Positions 34,090 through 40,000 of a stretch of DNA of 40,000 bases are shown here, piece by piece; the first letter of the stretch is position 1; each line of letters starts with the position of its first letter. A program made the position numbers and the translations under genes. The notes below the pieces were generated by a model, which had not been told where the DNA came from, ran no database searches, and saw nothing but the letters and a program-made list of their open reading frames with translations. The stretch comes from Candidatus Pelagibacterales bacterium (GTDB lineage: Bacteria; Pseudomonadota; Alphaproteobacteria; Pelagibacterales; Pelagibacteraceae): contig CBDEAT010000003.1 of NCBI GenBank assembly GCA_965236175.1, positions 7,759-47,758 of the forward strand, in the 5' to 3' direction.

Positions 34090-34904
34090 TAGCTATTTTT
34101 AATTTCGTGGATCTTTATAATTGAAGCCGCAGTTTCTTCTACTGACTTTCTTGTTACGTCAATTGTTGGAATGTTGTTAGATTTAAAAATTTTTCTGCTT
34201 TCATCAAGCTCTTCCTTTATTCTTTCTAAATCAACATAAGATGTATGCTTTTCTTCGCTTAGAGTATTAAGTCTGTTTTTTCTTATATCTACCAATCTTT
34301 CAGGGTCAGCAATCAACCCTACAATTGTCTTTTTTTTGTTTTTTAAAACTTCTTCTGGTATTTTTTGATTTGGAACCATGGGAATATTGGCTGATTTGTA
34401 ACCTTTGTTTGCAAGATAAATTGTTGTTGGGGTTTTGCTAGTTCTGCTAATTCCCAAAATAATTATATCAGCCTCTAAAATTGTTTCTAATTTTTGACCG
34501 TCATCATGCTCAATGCTAAATTGCATTGCAGCAATTTTTTTATAATATTCTTTATTTAAAATATGTTGGCCGCTTGGTTTTCTGTTGGCCTTTCTGTTAA
34601 GGGCCGTTTCAAATTTTGGAATTAAATAATCCAAAACTCCAAAGCAAGGAATTTTATATTTGTCTGTTTCTTGGATTAAAAAAGAAGTAACGGCGGGCTC
34701 CACAAGAGTATAAAGCACTATAGGGTTTCCCAGTTTATTACATTTTTCCAATAAAGTTGTAATTTGGGCTTCCGTTCTAACAAAAGAAAAGTGGTGTAGG
34801 CTGTTATTAAAGTTCTCAAACTGGGCTTTTAAAGCAAGGAATATTCTATCAAGAGTTTCGCCGGTTGAATCCGATACTAAAAAAACATTATACTTTCTGT
34901 TCAT
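34089..34904 (-). CDS. Pyruvate,phosphate dikinase / PEP synthetase regulatory protein (DUF299, PDRP family)
   Basis: Motifs seen are VFLVSDSTGETL and GISRTSKTPT (P-loop-like). It is the homolog position of Caulobacter CC0001 / Rickettsia RP001 beside the origin. Confidence 0.85.
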   Translation of the reverse strand: MNRKYNVFLVSDSTGETLDRIFLALKAQFENFNNSLHHFSFVRTEAQITTLLEKCNKLGNPIVLYTLVEPAVTSFLIQETDKYKIPCFGVLDYLIPKFETALNRKANRKPSGQHILNKEYYKKIAAMQFSIEHDDGQKLETILEADIIILGISRTSKTPTTIYLANKGYKSANIPMVPNQKIPEEVLKNKKKTIVGLIADPERLVDIRKNRLNTLSEEKHTSYVDLERIKEELDESRKIFKSNNIPTIDVTRKSVEETAASIIKIHEIKNS

Positions 34905-35178
34905 AAGTCTGTTGGCAAGCCTTTATAATTATCCTTTATACATTTCTAACTTTAAAAAGAACAAAGGTTAACAGTTAATAAATTGTTATTATTTAATTAA
35001 TAACATTAATAAGTTTTTTTTAGTATTTTAGAATTGTTGGTAATTTTAAACAAACTACAAAAATATAAAGTTATTTAAAAAATTTAATCAACAAAACTTG
35101 TTAATAAACTGTTAATAAAAATATAAACACATTACTAACATAACCATATAATACTACTATTTTAACTAATATTTATTA
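34905..35178. other. Candidate chromosomal replication origin (oriC)
   Basis: This is the longest non-coding gap in the window (274 bp) and is very AT-rich. It lies between divergent PDRP-maf-aroE-coaE-dnaQ and hemE, the conserved alphaproteobacterial origin context. GTTAATAAA occurs three times (34974, 35100, 35111). Confidence 0.6.
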
Positions 35179-36193
35179 ATGAGTGGTTCTCTTCAATACT
35201 GTCTTTTAAATAAAAATAAAAATTTTCCTATATGGTTTATGAGACAAGCAGGAAGATATCTTCCAGAATATCAAAAAATAAGAAAAAAAAATAAAAATTT
35301 TATTAATTTTTGTTTAAATATAAACGATGCAATAAAAGTTTCTTTACAACCTGTAGATAGGTTTAATTTAGACGCAGCCATAATTTTTTCGGATATTTTA
35401 TTAATTCTAAATGCTGTTGGTCAAAAAGTAGAATTTAAAGAAAAAATAGGTCCTATTTTAGAAAATTATAATCTAAATAAATTTTATAAAACAAGCGATA
35501 AAAATTTTATAAAAAAATTAAAAAATGTTTATAAAATATTAAAAAAAATAAAAAAAACACTACCAAAAGAAAAATCATTGATAGGGTTTGCCGGGTCCCC
35601 ATGGACACTTTTAACCTACATGATCAACAAAGGGTCACCAAAAAAAAATAAAAATTTTTTAAAAAACCTTAAAAAAACAAGAAGCAATAAAAATAATTAA
35701 AAGATTAGAACATTTAATTTATATTCATTGCAAAGAACAAATATTAGCCGGGGCTGATATTATACAATTATTTGATAGTTGGGCCGGTTTAATTAATAAA
35801 AAAGACTTAAAAGATTTTTGCATCAACCCAAACAAAAATATTGTAAATAAAATAAAAAAAAACTTTCCAAACAACCCAGTTATTTGCTTTCCAAAGGGAA
35901 TTAATAAAAATATCAATAATTTTATAAAAGAAGTGAGCCCACACGGAATTAGTATTGACCATAATGTAAGTCTTAAAAATTTAAATTTAAATAATAATGT
36001 AGTGTTTCAAGGAGGAATGAACCCGAAATTTTTACTAGGAAATAACAAAAGAATGTTTAAAGAAGCAAAAAAATATTTAGATTTCTTTAAAAACAAACCA
36101 TACATATTCAATTTAGGACATGGGATATTACCCGAAACAAAACCAGAAAATGTTAAGAGACTAGTTGAATTTGTAAGGAGTTATAATTTATGA
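35179..36193 (+). pseudogene. hemE: Uroporphyrinogen decarboxylase HemE, one +1 frameshift
   Basis: Motifs seen are PIWFMRQAGRYLPEY, GFAGSPWTL and, after the shift at about 35668-35677, AGADIIQLFDSWAG and FNLGHGI. Length is 1015 = 1014 + 1. Confidence 0.9.
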
Positions 36194-37203
36194 GTTTTGA
36201 TTTAGATAAAATAAATCATCCAAAAATAAAATTTGGGAAAACTGGTGTTTTGCTAGTTAACCTTGGCACCCCAGATTCAACGAGCTGGTGGGATATTAGA
36301 AAGTATTTAAAAGAATTTTTATCAGACACAAGGGTAATAGAGGTTAATCCTATTCTTTGGCAAATAATTTTAAACTTATTTATATTAACCTTTAGGCCGT
36401 CAAAAACAGCTCATGCTTACAAACAGATTTGGATGAATGATACCAACCAATCCCCGCTAAGATATTATACCAAAAGCCAAACTCAAAAATTAAAGGAAAA
36501 GATGGGCGGCGACAATGTCATTGTTGATTTTGCAATGCGGTATGGAAATCCAAGTATAAAAAGTAAATTAGATTTTTTGCAAAAAGAAGGATGTGAAAAA
36601 ATTATTATTTTTCCTTTGTACCCACAATATGCGGCCGCAACCACAGCAACAGTGTGTGATGAGGTCTATAGAAATTTAATAACCATGAGATGGCAACCTA
36701 GTTTACAAACGATTCCTCATTATGAAAGCGAACCTTTGTTTATTGATGCGCTTGTAAAGAGTATAAAAAAGAAAGTTTCAGAAATTAAATGGAAGCCAGA
36801 TTTAATCTTAGCTTCTTATCATGGGATACCAAAAAAATATTTTACAAAAGGCGATCCATATCATTGTTATTGCCAAAAAACGACGCGACTAATTAAGGAA
36901 AAATTTAAAGACATTCCTATAGAGACAACTTTTCAATCGAGGTTTGGACCTGAGGAGTGGTTAACGCCCTACACCGATAAAACTTTAGAGGCGCTTCCTA
37001 GTAAAGGTAAAAAAAATGTGCTTATGATATGTCCAGGATTTTCATCAGATTGTGTTGAGACTTTAGAAGAAATAGCAATTCAAGGAAAAGAAAGCTTCCT
37101 CGAAAACGGAGGAGAAAACTATGATGTTGTTCCTTGCTTAAACGATAATGATGATCATATTAAAATGATGGAACATATTGTTAAAAAATATTTAATTAAT
37201 TAA
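36190..37203 (+). CDS. hemH: Ferrochelatase
   Basis: An intact 337-aa ORF with the motifs VLLVNLGTPDS, FPLYPQY and SYHGIP. Confidence 0.93.
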   Translation: MSFDLDKINHPKIKFGKTGVLLVNLGTPDSTSWWDIRKYLKEFLSDTRVIEVNPILWQIILNLFILTFRPSKTAHAYKQIWMNDTNQSPLRYYTKSQTQKLKEKMGGDNVIVDFAMRYGNPSIKSKLDFLQKEGCEKIIIFPLYPQYAAATTATVCDEVYRNLITMRWQPSLQTIPHYESEPLFIDALVKSIKKKVSEIKWKPDLILASYHGIPKKYFTKGDPYHCYCQKTTRLIKEKFKDIPIETTFQSRFGPEEWLTPYTDKTLEALPSKGKKNVLMICPGFSSDCVETLEEIAIQGKESFLENGGENYDVVPCLNDNDDHIKMMEHIVKKYLIN

Positions 37204-37634
37204 TGAATTTATATTTAGCGCTCAAAGCAATCCACATTATAGCCGTTATTTCATGGATGGTCGGCCTTTTATATTTGCCAAGATTGTTTGTTTATCACGT
37301 TGAAAACAATAGTGAGGAAGCTTCAAAAATTTTTAAAGTAATGGAAAAAAGATTAATGAAAATAATTATGAACCCAGCCATGATAGTTACCTGGTTGACT
37401 GGGTTGTCTATTTTGTGGATTTTGGGATTTAATAATATTTTTTCTTTGTGGTTATCGATCAAATTTTTATTTGTAATTATTCTCTCCGGCTATCATGGTT
37501 TTTTGTCCAAATGCTTGAAGGATTTTGAATTCGATAGAAATCAAAGAAGTTCAAAATTTTTTAGGTTTATAAATGAAATACCAACTATAATACTGATAAT
37601 CATTGTCTTTTTAGTTATTTTTAAACCCGCTTGA
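37203..37634 (+). CDS. hemJ: Protoporphyrinogen IX oxidase HemJ
   Basis: A small membrane protein with the motif KAIHIIAVISWMVGLLYLPRLFVYH, characteristic of HemJ. It follows hemE and hemH. Confidence 0.8.
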   Translation: MNLYLALKAIHIIAVISWMVGLLYLPRLFVYHVENNSEEASKIFKVMEKRLMKIIMNPAMIVTWLTGLSILWILGFNNIFSLWLSIKFLFVIILSGYHGFLSKCLKDFEFDRNQRSSKFFRFINEIPTIILIIIVFLVIFKPA

Positions 37635-37700
37635 AATATAATTAATTATTGTTATATTCCTCTCACATCTAAAAGTTTCTCAAGACAATCCCAAACATAA

Positions 37701-38972
37701 ATGAACCTACAAGAATTAAAAAACAAAACACCAGCAGATTTAATTTTAGAAGCAGAAAAGCTAGGAATCGAAAATCCAAGCACAATGCGTAAACAAGAAA
37801 TCTTGTTTGCAATTCTTAAAAAACTCGCTGAAAAGAATGAAAAAATTACAGGAAGCGGTGTTCTTGAAACATTACAAGACGGCTTTGGTTTTTTAAGAGC
37901 CACAGAGTCAAATTATTTACCAGGACCCGATGATATTTATGTAAGCCCAAGTCAAATTAGAAGATTTGGTCTTCGAAAAGGAGATACAGTCGAAGGAGAA
38001 ATTAGAGCACCAAAAGATTCAGAAAGATATTTCGCGCTTTTGCAAGTTAGCAAAATAAACTTTGAAGATCCTGAAAAATCTAGAAACAAAATTAACTTTG
38101 ATAACTTAACGCCTCTATATCCAGATGAGCGTATAAATTTAGAAGTTGAATCCAATAAAGCAGATAAAAAACCAGATTTAACAGCAAGATTAATTGATCT
38201 TGTAACTCCAATCGGAAAAGGTCAGAGAGCTTTAATCGTATCACCACCTAGAGCTGGTAAAACAGTAATACTTCAAAACATTGCCCATTCAATTACAGCT
38301 AATCATCCTGAGATTTATTTAATAGTTTTGCTTATTGATGAAAGACCAGAGGAAGTTACTGACATGCAAAGATCTGTAAAAGGTGAAGTTATAAGTTCAA
38401 CATTCGACGAACCTGCAATGAGACACGTGCAAGTAGCTGAGATGGTAATTGAAAAAGCAAAAAGATTAGCAGAGCACAAAAAAGATGTTGTGATTTTATT
38501 AGATTCTATTACGCGATTAGGAAGAGCTTATAACGCAGTTGTTCCAAGTTCAGGAAAAGTATTAACGGGTGGTGTTGATGCGAACGCATTACAAAGACCA
38601 AAAAGATTTTTTGGTGCAGCAAGAAATATTGAAGAGGGTGGATCTTTAACAATTATTTCTACAGCATTAATTGAAACTGGTTCAAGAATGGATGAAGTTA
38701 TTTTTGAAGAATTTAAAGGAACAGGTAATGCCGAAGTTATATTAGATAGAAAAATTGCAGATAAGAGAATTTTCCCAGCAATCGATATTACAAAATCTGG
38801 AACGAGAAAAGAAGACTTGTTATTTAAAAAAGAAGACCTTCAGAAGATGAACGTTTTAAGACGACTGATCGCTCCAATGGGAAATATGGAAGCAATAGAA
38901 TTTTTAATTGGTAAATTAAGAGAGACAAAAAATAATGCTGAATTTTTTGACTCGATGAATAAGTCTGCTTAA
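37701..38972 (+). CDS. rho: Transcription termination factor Rho
   Basis: It has the N-terminal Rho_N and cold-shock-like domain, a Walker A motif (PPRAGKT), [10 protein letters not shown] and the C-terminal motifs. Confidence 0.97.
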   Translation: MNLQELKNKTPADLILEAEKLGIENPSTMRKQEILFAILKKLAEKNEKITGSGVLETLQDGFGFLRATESNYLPGPDDIYVSPSQIRRFGLRKGDTVEGEIRAPKDSERYFALLQVSKINFEDPEKSRNKINFDNLTPLYPDERINLEVESNKADKKPDLTARLIDLVTPIGKGQRALIVSPPRAGKTVILQNIAHSITANHPEIYLIVLLIDERPEEVTDMQRSVKGEVISSTFDEPAMRHVQVAEMVIEKAKRLAEHKKDVVILLDSITRLGRAYNAVVPSSGKVLTGGVDANALQRPKRFFGAARNIEEGGSLTIISTALIETGSRMDEVIFEEFKGTGNAEVILDRKIADKRIFPAIDITKSGTRKEDLLFKKEDLQKMNVLRRLIAPMGNMEAIEFLIGKLRETKNNAEFFDSMNKSA

Positions 38973-38979
38973 TTAATTC

Positions 38980-39633
38980 TTAGTGGATTTGCCTTTCAAA
39001 TCCAGGATTATTCCCAATAATATAAAAATTTATAATCTGATTGATTAGTAAATTTCTCTCAAGTAAAGTTTTTGCCTCAAGTAATCCTTGTTTTTCACTC
39101 ACAGAAAAAGGACATATCATTGATAGTGAATTTATTAATTGATCTGGCTCAACTTTTTCAACAATCTTCCAATCCGTAGATAAATGATGAATCTTAAATA
39201 GTTTTCTAGCTTTATCTATAAGCTGCAGCACATCAATCTTGTCATTGAATTTTATTTTTTCTAAATCATCTAAAAACTCATCATAAGTTACTCTAAATTT
39301 TCTATAAGGAAGATTAGTCTCGGCTTCATCTAAAATTCTAAATCTCACTAAACCTTTTAGGTTTATCAAATATCTGCCATCAGCTGTTTTTGTGTGCGTG
39401 TCTATTTTACCAAGACAACCAACGCTGAACACTTCAGGTTTATTTGAATTATTACTTCCTTTTGTTTGGATCATTCCAATCATTTTATTTGATGCCAACG
39501 CATCTTCGACCATTTTTTTATATCTAGGCTCAAATATATTGAGAGGCAAAATTGTATTTGGAAAGAACACTGCATTAGCAAGTGGGAAAATAGATATTTC
39601 TTGAGGAATTTCTTTTTTATCTAAAGTTGTCAT
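38980..39633 (-). CDS. LON peptidase substrate-binding (N-terminal) domain-only protein
   Basis: The motif IFPLANAVFFPNTILPLNIFEPRYKKMV is typical of the LON N-domain. At 217 aa there is no ATPase or protease part. Confidence 0.75.
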   Translation of the reverse strand: MTTLDKKEIPQEISIFPLANAVFFPNTILPLNIFEPRYKKMVEDALASNKMIGMIQTKGSNNSNKPEVFSVGCLGKIDTHTKTADGRYLINLKGLVRFRILDEAETNLPYRKFRVTYDEFLDDLEKIKFNDKIDVLQLIDKARKLFKIHHLSTDWKIVEKVEPDQLINSLSMICPFSVSEKQGLLEAKTLLERNLLINQIINFYIIGNNPGFERQIH

Positions 39634-39724
39634 TATGAATTAATATAGTGTTTAATTTGCTTTATTCAATTTCACTTTTCAATTGATTAAAATTTATTTT
39701 CATTTAATTTCACGGGATTATTAA

Positions 39725-39799
39725 GCGGGTGTAGCTCAGTGGTAGAGCGAATCGTTGCCAACGATTAGGTCGTGGGTTCAATTCCCTTCACCCGCTCCA
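39725..39799 (+). tRNA. tRNA-Gly (anticodon GCC), with encoded CCA
   Basis: I folded the cloverleaf by hand. The acceptor is GCGGGTG/CACCCGC, the D stem GCTC/GAGC, and the anticodon stem AATCG/CGATT with loop TTGCCAA. The T loop is TTCAATT. The T stem has one U-U mismatch (GTGGG/CCCTT). Confidence 0.9.
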
Positions 39800-39804
39800 A
39801 ATTC

Positions 39805-39826
39805 AAAGCTGGTCGTAGCTTTTTTA
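39805..39826 (+). terminator. Weak hairpin plus T-run after the tRNA
   Basis: AAAGCT-GGTCGT-AGCTTT followed by TTTT. The stem is short and AT-rich. Confidence 0.3.
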
Positions 39827-39897
39827 CTCTGTTTAATTCTTAAAAGGGTTCGGCACAAAACGGACTCCCGTAGGACTTCCTAATCGCGTGAGGTTGA

Positions 39898-40000
39898 ATG
39901 TATATTCGAAAACGTCGTGGGAAATGGCAGGTAACGATTAAGCGTAAAAACCTAAGGACTAGTGTAAAAACGTTTCTTTTTCGTAAGGATGCGGTTTTAT
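39898..40000 (+). CDS. Tyrosine-recombinase (phage-type) integrase, N-terminal 34 codons only (runs off the window)
   Basis: The translation MYIRKRRGKWQVTIKRKNLRTSVKTFLFRKDAVL matches the common integrase N-terminal arm-binding pattern (IRKRGxKWQxxIRRKGxxxxSKTFxxKxDAxxWA). It lies 99 nt downstream of a tRNA. It uses CGT/CGA Arg codons, whereas the host genes use AGA. Confidence 0.7.
   Translation, partial: MYIRKRRGKWQVTIKRKNLRTSVKTFLFRKDAVL

Noticed and set aside
35101-35115. A CtrA-box-like TTAA-N7-TTAA (TTAATAAACTGTTAA) in the putative origin.
   Set aside because: TTAA pairs at this spacing are expected by chance in a region this AT-rich. No ctrA gene or other supporting context is visible in the window. 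I therefore do not claim CtrA control.
39660-39715. A direct repeat AATTTCAC, present twice about 40 bp apart upstream of tRNA-Gly, as a possible att or regulatory repeat.
   Set aside because: It is only 8 bp long in AT-rich DNA. It also lies on the wrong side of the tRNA for an integration site, since integrases usually target the 3' end.

Overview
This window is a very AT-rich, tightly packed bacterial chromosome segment. Gene content and order are typical of a streamlined alphaproteobacterium, and a Pelagibacterales/SAR11-like source is my inference only. It carries the conserved origin-proximal neighbourhood. Left to right: dnaJ-dapB-nth-adenosine kinase, a badly disrupted block (response regulator, L,D-transpeptidase, yggS, thiE-like, porin), then a DUF3576 lipoprotein and leuS-lptE-holA. 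Next come parB-parA-rsmG-mnmG-mnmE, ogt, a ubiH-like gene, ftsK-lolA, and a minus-strand his operon (hisB-hisH-hisA-hisF-hisE plus HIT and GNAT genes). The window ends with smr/Tim44-like/secB, dnaQ-coaE-aroE-maf-PDRP, hemE-hemH-hemJ-rho, a LON N-domain protein, tRNA-Gly(GCC) and the first 34 codons of an integrase. I see no CRISPR array, rRNA, recognisable defence system or complete mobile element.

The observations most worth a second look are:
- **Origin:** a likely oriC lies in the 274-bp hemE/PDRP gap.
- **parS:** a perfect 16-bp parS sits inside rsmG.
- **his operon:** two diverged TPR + GT41 (O-GlcNAc-transferase-like) paralogs are interleaved with the his genes. One is frameshifted at a T13A8 tract.
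- **Frameshifts:** they are clustered, almost all net +1, and about ten sit at in-frame CTT-A Leu codons. That is the classical +1 slippery context, but sequence error is the more likely cause.
- **Island edge:** a GC and codon-usage jump with an integrase begins right after tRNA-Gly at the window edge.

All calls come from reading the ORF track and sequence by eye. No database search was run.
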